A stretch of 63,544 nucleotides of DNA, the filler included, from Reticulomyxa filosa (taxonomy: Eukaryota; Protista; Foraminifera): NCBI GenBank assembly GCA_000512085.1. It is 25 parts of 25 records of this genome, joined end to end, with 100 filler letters (N's around TTAATTAATTAA, not from the genome) between each part and the next. Parts side by side here need not be neighbours in the genome. Positions count along the whole stretch, not along the records: positions 12,576 to 13,601 come from ASPP01006737.1; positions 13,702 to 20,123 come from ASPP01009678.1; positions 20,224 to 24,379 come from ASPP01009209.1; 22 more parts are not named here. One strand, written 5' to 3'. Position 1 is the stretch's first letter. Every line of letters begins with the position of its first letter. The notes under the pieces are model-generated. The model was not told where the DNA came from, ran no database searches, and saw only the letters and a program-made list of their open reading frames with translations. The position numbers and the translations under genes were made by a program. Shown piece by piece: positions 12,576 to 24,479 of the stretch.

Positions 12576-13445
12576 ATTCCGGGTTTTTAAAACCCGGAAT
12601 TCAAACCCTTTCGGTTCCAACTAAAACCGGACACGCCGGGTTTGGGCTCGGTATGGCTATACCAGGACATTTCCACCCAGCGCAATACCGAAGAGGCGCT
12701 GCGCCAGGCGCGCGATCTGGCCGAGGAAACCAGCCGCGCCAAGACCGAATTCCTGGCCAATATGTCGCACGAGCTGCGCACGCCGCTGCACGCCATCCTG
12801 GGCTTTGCCGAAATGGGCGAAAACCGCAGCCAGGGTGGCGACAGCAAGCTCGCCCATTATTTCGAACGCATCCACAACAGTGGCAGCCGCCTGTTGTCGC
12901 TGCTGAACGACCTGCTGGATCTGGCCAAGATGGAAGTGGGCAAGATGGACTACCAGATGGTGCGTACCGATCTGGAGCAAGTGGTGCGCGACGCGGTAGA
13001 AGACCTGCGCGGCCAGGCCAGCAAGCACGGCATCCAGCTGCTGATACAGCCGCCGGAGCAGGCGATGCAGGCCGAGATCGACGCGTTCCGCATTGGCCAG
13101 GTCATGCGCAACCTGCTGTCCAACGCCATCAAGTTCAGCCCGCACGGGGGCCGCGTGGAAATCGGCTACGCCTGGCGCCAGGTACCGGCCCCACTGCTGA
13201 CCATCACGGTCCGTGACCATGGGCCGGGTGTGCCACCGGGTGAACAAGAACGGATTTTTGATAAATTCATCCAGAGCAGCCTCACCAAGACCGGCGCCGG
13301 CGGCACCGGGCTGGGGCTGGCGATCAGCCGCGAAATCGTGCTGGCGCACCACGGCCTGCTTTCGGTACATAATGCCGCCGATGGCGGTGCCATCTTCAGC
13401 CTGACCCTGCCGCAGCAGCAGGACGCGAAGCACAAGGAGAACTGA
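12576..13445 (+). CDS. Bacterial sensor histidine kinase (PAS end, HisKA, HATPase_c), 5'-truncated
   Basis: H-box FLANMSHELRTPL, N-box NLLSNAIKF, G1 DHGPGV, F-box IFDKF, G2 GGTGLGLAIS; high GC. Confidence 0.96.
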
Positions 13446-13447
13446 GC

Positions 13448-13601
13448 ATGGGCAAACGCCTGCTGTTGGTCGACGACGAACCTTTCAATCTGGAGCTGCT
13501 GTCCGAACTGCTACAGGACGCCGGCTACGACGCGGTGCAGGCCGAAGACGGCGAAACCGCCTGGCAGATCCTGCAACAGGAGGGCGAAACCTTCTCGGCG
13601 G
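13448..13601 (+). CDS. Bacterial response-regulator receiver domain, 3'-truncated
   Basis: MGKRLLLVDDEPFNLELLSELLQDAGY; AAGGAG Shine-Dalgarno just upstream; starts 2 bp after the kinase stop. Confidence 0.93.
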
Positions 13602-13701
13602 NNNNNNNNNNNNNNNNNNNNNNNNNNNNNNNNNNNNNNNNNNNNTTAATTAATTAANNNNNNNNNNNNNNNNNNNNNNNNNNNNNNNNNNNNNNNNNNN
13701 N

Positions 13702-13736
<35 letters not shown>

Positions 13737-13759
13737 TATAAAAAAGTTATGTCTCAACA

Positions 13760-15100
13760 GCTGATCTGAGCATAGACATCTTTTGGAGAATCTTTGCTGA
13801 ACATTAGGTCTTTGTCTTCTTTGAAATAAACTGACACCCGGTCGTATACTGTCTGTTGCGACTACATACAAGCAGATTTTCTTTCACAATTTTTCACTCC
13901 ACTTATAAACATATATACATATATACATGTATATATGTATATATGCATCATATAAATCATATGTCGTCGTTGGTTATGACAAACAAACAAACAAACAAAC
14001 AAACAAAAAAATCAAGATTTCGGAACAGTTTTGGAAGAGCACTCGATGGTGTAAATATCATCTCGCTTCGGAAAGGTGTGCACGTAAATGGTTTCGGGTT
14101 TGTCCAATATTACTTTCATTTTTTTTTTTTTTAAAGTATGTTATGTTATGTTATGTTATGTTAATGTTTTATTGACATATCATTCATGCCACTCTTTTAC
14201 AAGTTGTTGTTTTTTTTTTTTTCTCCCTACACGCATATATATATATATATGTATATATATTGTGAAATGAATGCCAAACCTGACACAATGTCCTTCAACT
14301 TGCCTCCACTGCCAATTCGCTTTGGCGCGTGGTACATTGTAACAAAAAACCCTGGGGAAATGTGTTCGTATTGGCAATAGGAGGTGTTGCAGCCGTTCAA
14401 TGAATTGAAATTTCGACAAAGCGGCTTTTTCCCTTGATCTATTTTTCCCCTCCCTCAAAGTCAAAACACATCACTCCCATAACATAGTCAATGCTTTATG
14501 ATAAATTGGAGACGGAGAAATGGAAGTGAAAGATTGGAGTTAAATAAGAGAAACTCCATCACAAACAAGGACATCCACCCCTTTTTTTTTTTTTTTTTTT
14601 TTTTGTTTGAAAGAAACAAAGACAAAGAACAAAAAGGGGGTGTTACACTGACTCTATTTTTTTTATTTGGATAAAAAAAGTATATTGCATATATGTATTG
14701 TGTGTGTGTGTGTGAGCCAAAAAACCATTGAAAGTGTCTGATGTTGTCCGGTAGCTTTGGATGGTATCCCAATTGCTTTGGATGGACTTAAAACTCACGT
14801 CTGGATACTTCTCCGCATAATTACTACTAAACTGAATCAACTCTGTTGGACTATCCGCGTAGCGTCCTTTATTTGTTTATTATTTTTTTTTTTTGTGGGT
14901 GTACGTGCACATATGCAAAAAAACAATTTTTTTAATTCTTGGACGTTCACTTTTACCGTGGCTGCTTCGGTACTGAGAGTCCAGTTGCCTCAATATTGAA
15001 GAATTGACACTATTGAGAGACAATATCAATACAAATAATAAATAAAAGCAGAGAGAGAGCAGGAATTGCTATTTACATACCTTGATGATGATGACATTTC
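13760..15100 (-). CDS. Probable multi-exon hypothetical host gene (structure unresolved)
   Basis: Coding-like GC-richer blocks alternate with poly-A/poly-T/microsatellite intron-like blocks. No family recognised. Confidence 0.25.
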
Positions 15101-15409
15101 CTAGTTAGTCCTGACAAAGAATTTGAAGGGACGTACCCCAAAACCTAACAACGCCGATCGTGGAAACAAATATGAAAACAACCACTTCAAATAAAATGTC
15201 ACAGTTGCTCTTCTTTTTTAATTTCAAAAAATAAAATAATATCTGGCAGAGCCACAATCTTATGTAACAGTAGTGACTTTCAATACCATAGAAGGAAACG
15301 ACAACAGTAAAACTTGACAAACAATCGGGTGCTCATTTTTTAACTTCAGTTACTTAAATAATTGAGACGTGGGGAGGGGAGATCGACAGTGACATTTGTC
15401 AAGATAGGA

Positions 15410-17748
15410 ATGGATTCAATTGATACCAACGTAGAACAAAATGCTGATCGGGATATGCAATCACCCTTTGAAACTCTGACCTCTTTGCCGAGACCATTTT
15501 CTCAGGCTCAATGTGTAGTGCACAAGCACGAAATCCTAATTTGTGGAGGTTTTCAGAACAACGAATGTTATTCTTACCACACAATCAAAGAGCAATACAA
15601 ACATATATGTTCTTATCCAAAGGAGATGCTATTTTCTGGGCACACTGTAGTGAGCCGTGTGGAAGCGAGTAGCTCAAGAGCAATTACGTTGTTATCATTT
15701 GGTGGTCATCCCAAGCACACATTAGTGATGAAATACGTGAGTGTTTGGGAAAATGATAAAGATGACAGCGCTGATACAAGTGATACTGAAAAGATAAAAG
15801 ATTGGAATCAATGGTTACCTTTGACCGATAATCAAAACAATCGAATTCAGATTGGAAGAAATGGTGACAATTATTTTGGCGTGCGTGCAGTGATTGGTGG
15901 AAGTGAAAATAATTTATTGTTCATTACTTATCGTCCAAGCAACATTGACATATTTAATTTGGATACATTGCAATATATTAATCACTACACTTTTCCATAT
16001 GAAAAGCATGTGGTATTTTGCCATTGCTTTGTGTCAATTCCAGAGAACAAAGTATCGACAATGATACTATTTTCTGAAAAAACTGGACTATCAATTGAAT
16101 ATGACGAAGACACCAACACTTTTGAATTTTATAAATTATGGGTTTGCACAAACATTAGGCCATTCAAGAGATATGCATATGTGAATGTCAATCAATTCAT
16201 CTTTTTTTTGGTGGATGGAATGAAAATTCGAGCCAGACTTCTTCGTTTTCAAATGCAATTTACAAGTTTTCACTGAAAAAAAAGAAATGGGTGAAATTGA
16301 GACATACTTTACCTGTCTCATTGAGAGATTGTGCTGGAGTGATGGATGGAGATGGCACGTATATACACATTGTTGGAGGAAGTGCTGGACTTGTAACAAC
16401 TTCAACGCATTTGAAAATAAAAATGAGCGAATTGCTGAAAGAAGAAACCGAAATAGAAAAGCAATGGATTGAAGAAGAAGCAAAAGTGGAAGAGATTGAA
16501 AAACAGCATGACGCTACTGAATGGGAAATAAGACAAATCAACACAGACATACAACACATGAAAAAAAAAATATTGGAAAGAACAAAATTGCAAGTTAAAT
16601 CTTTTTCTTCCAAAAAAAAAAAAAAAAATTGGTAAGGTAATCGGCTTGTCAATGTAACCAAAAATTAAAAAAGAAACAAAGAGAAGCGAAAATGATGATC
16701 AAACGTTGGCTTCGATTATCGTCCATTTGGAAAGGATGGATTGATGAATTTGACAAAATTGTTTTGCAATATGCTCTGGTACACTTTATACATATACATA
16801 TATGTATATATTGATTCTTCTTGTAATCTTTTCAAAAAAAAAAAAAAAAAACAAAAATAGCGAAAATATTTTAAAGCAGCAAAGGTAATCAAAGGCCATC
16901 ACAACAAAGTGATAAATGTAAAATTTTCACCAGATGATACTAAAATTGTTTCGTCTTCCTCAGACAGAACAATTCGACTATGGGATGTAATGTCAGGAAA
17001 AGAAATTAAAACGTGGAGAGAAAATCCGGGTTACTCTGGTGCTGTTCAATTTTCACCAGATGGAAATACAATTGCTGCCTGTGTATTAAATGGTACAATT
17101 CAATTGCTAAATGTAAACTCAGGCGTACAAGTAATTGAATTGAAGGGGAATGAACAATTAGGTCTTATGTCCTGTATCCAGTTCTCGCCAGATGGAAAAA
17201 CTATTGTCTCAGGCTCACATGACGGAAAAATTCGAATTTGGGATGTCAAATCTGGAAGTGAATTGCAAAAGCTCGAAGGAACAAATTCGATAAATGATGT
17301 AAACTTCTCACCAGATGGTCAGTGTATTATAGCCGCCTCTGCTGACATTAAAATATGGAATGTGGCATCGGGTGACATGGTAAGAAAATTAACAAAAACT
17401 CATCATGGTATAACACATGCACAATTTTCACCAGATGGTCTTTATATAGTGTCCAGTGAGTTTGATTACACAATTCAAATATGGGACGCTGCGACAGGTA
17501 AAGATGTAAAAAAATTGGAAGGACATTTAGGCACAATAACTGGTGTGAAAATTTCGTCTGACTCTCGAACCATTGTGTCGTGTTCATATGACAGAACCAT
17601 CCGCGTGTGGGATGTTAAATTAGGGACCGCAATACAAATAGTAAAAGGGTATCTTCATTATATAAACGGAGTAGATATGACAACAGATGGTAATACACTC
17701 GTATCATGTAATGAAGATAAAATAATTCGAGTGTGGGAAATATTTTGA
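15410..17748 (+). CDS. Kelch-like beta-propeller + coiled coil + WD40 beta-propeller protein (multi-exon)
   Basis: Kelch-like repeats (ILICGG, LLSFGG, AVIGG, FFGGW after a frameshift in the T-run 16202-16209, HIVGG) are followed by an E/K coil. A short exon ...WLRLSSIWKGWIDEFDKIVLQYAL ends at a GT donor. An AG acceptor at 16859-16860 leads in frame into about 7 WD40 repeats (FSPDG...SGSHDGKIRIWD). Confidence 0.85.
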
Positions 17749-18797
17749 TAACACGACTGATTTGAAAAATCTTTTTCGCAAATAACACGTCCAAGACGAA
17801 ATATTCTTTCAGTTTTTTCGTTAAATTTCGTGCAGGTATTAGAAATTATAAATTACTATTTATTTCCAAAAAAATTTCTAGTGTAAACCTTTTCGGCTGT
17901 ACACGACCTGATTTCATTTTGTCAAAATCAACAAATTTGTGGTTTATCGATTTAACATATGTACAGATATCAGTTGAAAATTCAAAAGTTTTTCCTGAAG
18001 AAATTGCAATGTTTGTAAGTGTTTCGACTATAAATAATCAACTTTCATTTATGATCGATTTTTTCATTTTTTTTATTGTCGTGTATCCACAATTCATTAA
18101 TAGCCGATCAATTACCTTGCGGTTCTTTTAAGTTTTTGGCAAGAATGTTCATAGCAGACATTGTAAGATATTGTGTTTTCTAAACTGCGACGTCCATTAT
18201 CTTTAAACATCAATCCCCAAAAAAAAATAATAAAAAAGAAGAACATAAACATAGGCAAATGCCTTTACAGTGTTGTTTGCTAAAAATGTAAGTTTTTGTT
18301 AAAATGTGTTTTATTTAGTATTCGCATTTTTTTTTGAATAATGGATTAAGACTGCATGAGTCAGGAGTATGGTTAAGATCACATGAAACTGGGAATAAGC
18401 ACCAACAGCATAACTTGCCAAATGGAAAATCAGCATTATTTTTGTCAAGTCTTTTTTCGTTGAAGTAGCTCTTTCGAGCAGGTGGACTGTCAATTATCCC
18501 ACTTCCAGTTTTGTTTTTGCTTTACACAATCCACCCCATTACATAAACATACACACGTACATATCCCGCATGTTTATATTTGTAGTCATTATATAACAAA
18601 CAGGAGGATCACACATATAAATATATATGCATATATACAAATATATAACATGCAGTGTGGAATTGCTTCATTTTTTTTTTTACAACAACAAACCTCAATA
18701 TTTTTACATTTGTGGATAAGCTTTCAGAGTCGACTTGCGATTGCAATTCTTTGGAATGCTTGTTTTGACTGCTGTCACTTTTTCTTCGACGAGACAG

Positions 18798-18834
<37 letters not shown>

Positions 18835-18849
18835 CAGAGCAATAGACAA

Positions 18850-20088
18850 ATGACAGCAAAGAGCCTAAGACAAAACTCAACTCGCGTTTCGAAGTTGTAG
18901 TTTGGCTTGCGGTTGCATTTTGGTTTAAATTGTGCTTGAGAGGAGAATTTTTTTTTTCGCTCAAGTCGGAGCTTGATTTTACATCTTTGTTTTTTTTTTT
19001 CGCTCGTTCCACCTGTTCGTCACTGCACGTTGCAATTGCATGTTGTTTTTTTTTTTGTTTTTTTTTTTGTCCTGACTAAAAAAAATTAACAAAATCATTA
19101 ACTTCGACGACTTAGGTGAGTAAGTGACGGGAATGAAAGTATTGGAATCTGGATACGGACAACAGCAATCTTCGGCATGTACATCTAGCATGTGTGCATA
19201 AGCAAGCGTGGGGTCCATTTTAGCGAGAGCATGAATGAGATCGTAATAAGATATTTTCCCGTACATTTTGATATTTTCGACCCTCTACATATATGCATAT
19301 ATGTATATGTACATATATATTGTATATTGTATATATTTAAAAAAAAAAAATTGTAAACATGTATTGGAGACACAAGTCTTTCTTCGACGATCTGAATATT
19401 CGTATATTCAGCTGGCAATAGACCTTGTTGAAGCATGTCAATAAGCTTGTGCTTGGCGTCAATCATGTCGTTTTTTTCAATGAAAAACAATTGGGCGCCC
19501 AAAGCGACTCTGTTGATCAAATCCACGACCCTCCCGAATTGCTCCACATGCACCTGGATGGCGTCGACAATGTCGGGATTGGTGATGCCGCTTTGCTCGA
19601 GGATCCACTTCTTGCATTGACTCGCGGTCATGTCGTAGGGCAAGGTTTTGATGTGCATGACCCAGCTGAAGATATCATCGGCATTGTCGTAGCTTGTCGT
19701 GCAGTTCACGATGCGATTGCCACAAAACACGTACGAACACGAGCTCTCTATTTGCTTCCACACGCCGTTCCATCTGTGACTTTGGCCCCACCGTGTCCAC
19801 TTTGCTTGCGGCGATAGTCGGACATATGCTGTCCGCTTTTGACTTATCGAAAATATGTCGATCACTTTTATGCCTATCGTTGCAATTCAAACACGACAGA
19901 TAATTAAACATATAGCATATGGCATATGGCATATGGCATATATGCATATGCATTAGTATATATGCTTGTACATACAAACCATGAGTGGATCGAATTTTAC
20001 GCCAAAATTTCCAACTTTCTTCAACAGGCTTTGGAATCTGGAGCAAGCTCAATACATAGGGTGTGAAGCCATTTGGATTTATTTTGGT
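18850..20088 (-). CDS. Multi-exon hypothetical protein with RRM-like segments, 5'-truncated
   Basis: Exons at about 20088-19980, 19874-19360 and 19283-19100. VMHIKTLPYDMTASQCKKWILEQ resembles the RNP2-helix start of an RRM. Confidence 0.45.
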
Positions 20089-20223
20089 CTGAGGACAAAT
20101 AATAAAAAAAAAATATATGTATANNNNNNNNNNNNNNNNNNNNNNNNNNNNNNNNNNNNNNNNNNNNTTAATTAATTAANNNNNNNNNNNNNNNNNNNNN
20201 NNNNNNNNNNNNNNNNNNNNNNN

Positions 20224-20264
<41 letters not shown>

Positions 20265-20311
20265 TTAATTAAATACACTTGTATTGACTCCAAACCTTGT
20301 TTTTTTAACAG

Positions 20312-23300
20312 TCGGCCTTGGCCAATGGAATATACCAACTCATTCGATCCTTGGCTCCAGAGTTGATTGAAAGTGAAAAGGTGTTTGAGTACAGCAACTT
20401 TTTTTTTCGCTACCTACTGGGCCAAAGCGGCACCAGCATGGGCGAGTCCGAGACGTTTGTCGATTGCGATTTGACCTGTCCTTTGACAAAGACTCGCCTA
20501 CAGGACCCTGTATTTGTCCCCAACTTCGACAACACCACAGTCCCAACCGTCTATTCGCGCGAGGCGGTGTTGTCAAGTGACACCTTTGGTCATTTGACTC
20601 AAAGCGATTTGGAGCCAAGTGCACGACATCAGCTGTTGCTGAGCGCATATCCAAAGGCACACGCGGTCTTCATTTGGGACTGGCGCAATTGTCTGGACAA
20701 GGAGACCACACTTCCAGCGAATGGCCCGGTCCAAAGTGTGGTTCACAATGGCTCTTTTTTGTTGCCACGTTATCAAATGAAGCAAGACTGGATGGTTCAA
20801 TTTTTTTTATTTTTATTTTTATTTTTTCCAAATCTTTATGGATTGTTGTAAACAGGCAATGGTCACTGAAACGAAATTCAAACCGAGAAATCAATGCTTG
20901 AGAATTATTGCAACCTTGTCGCTGAACAAGTAAATCTTGCAAAAAAAAGCAGAGTCTTGTCTTGTCTCGCTCTTTTTTTTTTTTTTTAAAAAAATGTACA
21001 CTCGAACACAAACATCTCAGCGCACATTATCCCGCGTTGACGTCAGACGAAACAGGAAACTTGGTCGTGTTCACGGAACGCAGCAAAAATACTTACTCGT
21101 TAAGTTGATCGTCTTGCTTTCAACAGCGCACAAACATCAATTTTTTTTTTTTTAAAAAAAAAAAGGGGAAAGTTGCAAAGTGTGCTATTGCAATGAACAG
21201 AACGACCGTATTGTTTTATCCATTGTCCCATTCCGAACAACTAGTCAATCTACAAGAACTGGCGACGGCCATATCCAAGCTCCCGCAAAGTGCAGTGACC
21301 AAACTCCAAACTCCTCTCGATGATCGTGTCCCCGAGGAAGGCATCTTGGTGTGTTTAGACACCAGCTATTCCATGAGCTATTCGTGGCGCTCCGCTGACA
21401 CAAAGACCAAATCTACAACTGCGTCCACTACCAATAACAATGATGTCGAAGCTTCGAAAAAAGACAAAAATTTTTTGGACACACTAGAATCTGAAGAGAA
21501 AGCAAAGGATAACACTCATGCCTTGTCAAACAGTATCCGGCGATTTCAGTTTTGGAGTCACTTCAAACTTTTTCATGAAACAGTCCACAAAAAAAAAAAA
21601 AAGTCAAATTTTTCCAAAACACACAAATAAAACAAACGCAAAGACTACATCCCAACCTTCGTCTGTACAGAGATATTGTGAGACAGATTTTGCTTAGTAG
21701 TCAGAAACTTAAGCAGAAACCAATGTCGGCGACTGTCGCCGCAGAGCAAGTATTGTATGAAATTCGGAAATGCGAGTGTATCAAACAAGGGCAAAAGGAA
21801 TACCGACAAATGATTGAAAAATACTCGGGCCAGTTTACAGAGTTGTTGCTGAACGAAAGGAATGCTGATAAAGAAGAAGAGCAAGTTCAGAGTCACTTAA
21901 TTTTTTTTTTTTTTTCATAAACCACTCCACAATAAAATGCGTAAAAAAAAATAAAAAAATAAAAAAAGAAATATGAAGTCAAGAAAAAAAAGGAGTTCAA
22001 TCCGGAGAAGTATCGATGCGCACTGACCAATGAAATAATGACAAATCCAGTGCGATTTATAGATGGTTTATATTATGAAAGAGAGGTGATTGAGGAATGG
22101 CTCAAACAACGACAAACATCGCCCGTAGTTAAGTATCTTCAACTCTTTCTTCCAAGTCCCTCCATACTTTTTGATGCAGCAGTTTGATACGTTGAATTTA
22201 TGTATGTGACAAAGTAGTACGGATACAAATTGAGGGCGATCGAAATTGAAGACGCTCGAAAACTGAAGACGGAAATAAAGCAGTGGGAAAATCAGAAGAA
22301 AAGACCAGAACTGGAAGAACATGATGAGGATGAAGAGGAAGAAGAGGAAGAAGAGGAAGAAAGTGACTCCATAAATTATGATAATAACAGAAATAAAAAA
22401 GTAGACACTCGAATAGACGTGAAAACGTTTGACGGAAAAACAGTCGGAGTGATGTGCTCGTTAAATAACACTGTCGAATATGTGCACGACATAGTACGGA
22501 TGAAGACATCTCGAAGTAAGTCCAAGTTGCACAGTTTGGTATTTGGAACTACTGTTTTACAGCCCAAAAAACGGTTATGCGATTATTCCATTAAAACCGG
22601 TATTTACATTTTTTTTTTTTTTTTAAATTTAAAAAAAAAAAAAGAAGATTGCTTGTTGTGCGGAAAAATAAATAATAATAATAATAATAAAAAAAGGTTC
22701 ACATTGTTTGAAACTGTGAAAATTGCAGAAAAAGCAAAAAAAGAAGATACAACAGTATTTGTGATAGTCGACATCGATAAGGATCGGTCGTTTGCATTTC
22801 ACCGAGACACAAAAATGGAAGAGATAGGGTTCCGAATTTGGAACGGAAGCTTACAGAACCAGACATTGGAGGAGAGTGATCGTCCGTCCTTGACATCGTT
22901 GCGATGTAACGTGAAAGATGTCGGCGACAACGTAAAGGCTGGAGTCGCATGTCGACTGTCTGACCCATTGTTTTCATACCTCAAATATGCAAAGCGAGTG
23001 CAGCATCGCTTTTGGTGTTGCGAAATTGCGCTTGAAACTTGGGGGCCTTTTTCACTCCCTGTCCCTTTGTTGCCCGTTTCTTCTTCTTCTTCTTCTTCTT
23101 CGATGCCATTGCTATCTTCATCGTCGTCATCATCATCAATACTAACATTAGCATCTTCTCCCTTATCGCTATCCTCAACTCCACATCTGCCTTCAAAACA
23201 AATGACCCGCTTTGATATCGTGCGAGAATTGTTTGAAGTGTTCCTTGGTCGATTGGAAGACTACAAATTTACTCATCGCATTGGACTGGTTATGTTTAGC

Positions 23301-24379
23301 GACATCATCGATTACAGATGTACGCTCTCCCCAATTCATAGCGAGTTTAAAGAGAGTGCTGCGACGGCTACGTGCAAGGGAGACACAAAGGTACGTGCTC
23401 TCATGCGTTTCTCACTTTGCTTTACGTCTCTCATTTTTGTCTTGTCTTTCACATGTAAACAAAACAATATCATTGTCGTGCTTTGTCAATATGCAGCTCT
23501 TTGACGCACTTAACCAAGCTTGTGATCATCTGGTCAAGTGGCAGGCAGACTTTCCCACTAGCAAACTAAGAATACTGGTTTTATCTGACGGTCACGATAT
23601 TGGATCGTCATCTGATCCAGTTACTGTTGCAAAGTTAAATGCAATTCTGCGTCCTCCCCTTTTTTCATCATTTTTTTTTTTTTTTTTTGTGCTGCCCCCT
23701 TCCAAAAGAGAACTAGAAAACAAAAAAAAATCTCAATGAAATAGTAAGTTGCAAAAGAATAATGTGTTGGTGGACGCAATATGTATCGGCTATCAATCTA
23801 ATCCAAGCTTGCACGGCATTGTTAAGGCAACTGGTGGCTATATATTCTATCCACAAGAAGAAGGGGAAGCTTTGAATATTGTTGAAATGGAGACAGTACT
23901 ATCTCAAACAAGTACACATCTTTTTTTATCATTCTTTTTTTTTCTTTTGTAAGCAGTCTATAAGATCAATAAAATCCCAAAAAAAAAAAAAAAAAAGTGC
24001 GCCCTCTGATACCTCAGCTCTCAGAAGTAAAGACGGAAAAAGATTTGTCGACATTTTCGTCTGTTCCGGCAGACAGATGCACGGACGAGCTATATCCAAA
24101 AGGTAGAGTCAATCCCAATTTGGAGCAGCCAGCGAATTCCTTGGCAGCTGCAGTGCAATCGACAGAAAAACAGAATCCTCGGAACGAGCAAGTGCAAAAA
24201 AATACTTTCAATCAAGCACGAAATAGTCGAATTAAACGTGAGATGATCGCCCTTTTACGAGAACCACATCCTGCAATGGACATTTATCCTTCAGTTGGTG
24301 ATATCAGTTTTTTGGAGGGTTGTCATGGAAGGACCTGGCGATACGCCTTATGCTGAAGGCATTTGGTTTCTTTTTGTAG
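20312..24379 (+). CDS. U-box / VWA / U-box / ubiquitin-like / E2 ubiquitin-conjugating multidomain protein (multi-exon, partial)
   Basis: U-box-like CDLTCPLTKTRLQDPV; VWA MIDAS VCLDTSYSM (21358-21372); U-box YRCALTNEIMTNPV...YEREVIEEWLKQRQTSP; Ubl IDVKTFDGKT...LVFGTTVLQPKKRLCDYSIK; rest of VWA (IGLVMFSD, GDTK|LFDAL, RILVLSDGHD, VDAICIG, ATGG); E2 start RIKREM...FWRVVMEGPGDTPYAEGIW (needs one T removed from the run 24308-24313). Confidence 0.88.
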
Positions 24380-24479
24380 NNNNNNNNNNNNNNNNNNNNN
24401 NNNNNNNNNNNNNNNNNNNNNNNTTAATTAATTAANNNNNNNNNNNNNNNNNNNNNNNNNNNNNNNNNNNNNNNNNNNN

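Noticed and set aside
12576-12600. Hairpin ATTCCGGGTTTT-T-AAAACCCGGAAT as a terminator or element end
   Set aside because: It sits at the extreme contig end in sequence that looks low-quality and breaks the kinase frame.
24301-24320. Programmed ribosomal frameshifts in the E2, Kelch (16202-16209) and channel (about 54287, about 56955) genes
   Set aside because: Each shift falls in a homopolymer run and is fixed by one base. The bacterial contig shows similar shifts, so sequencing error is the simpler explanation.
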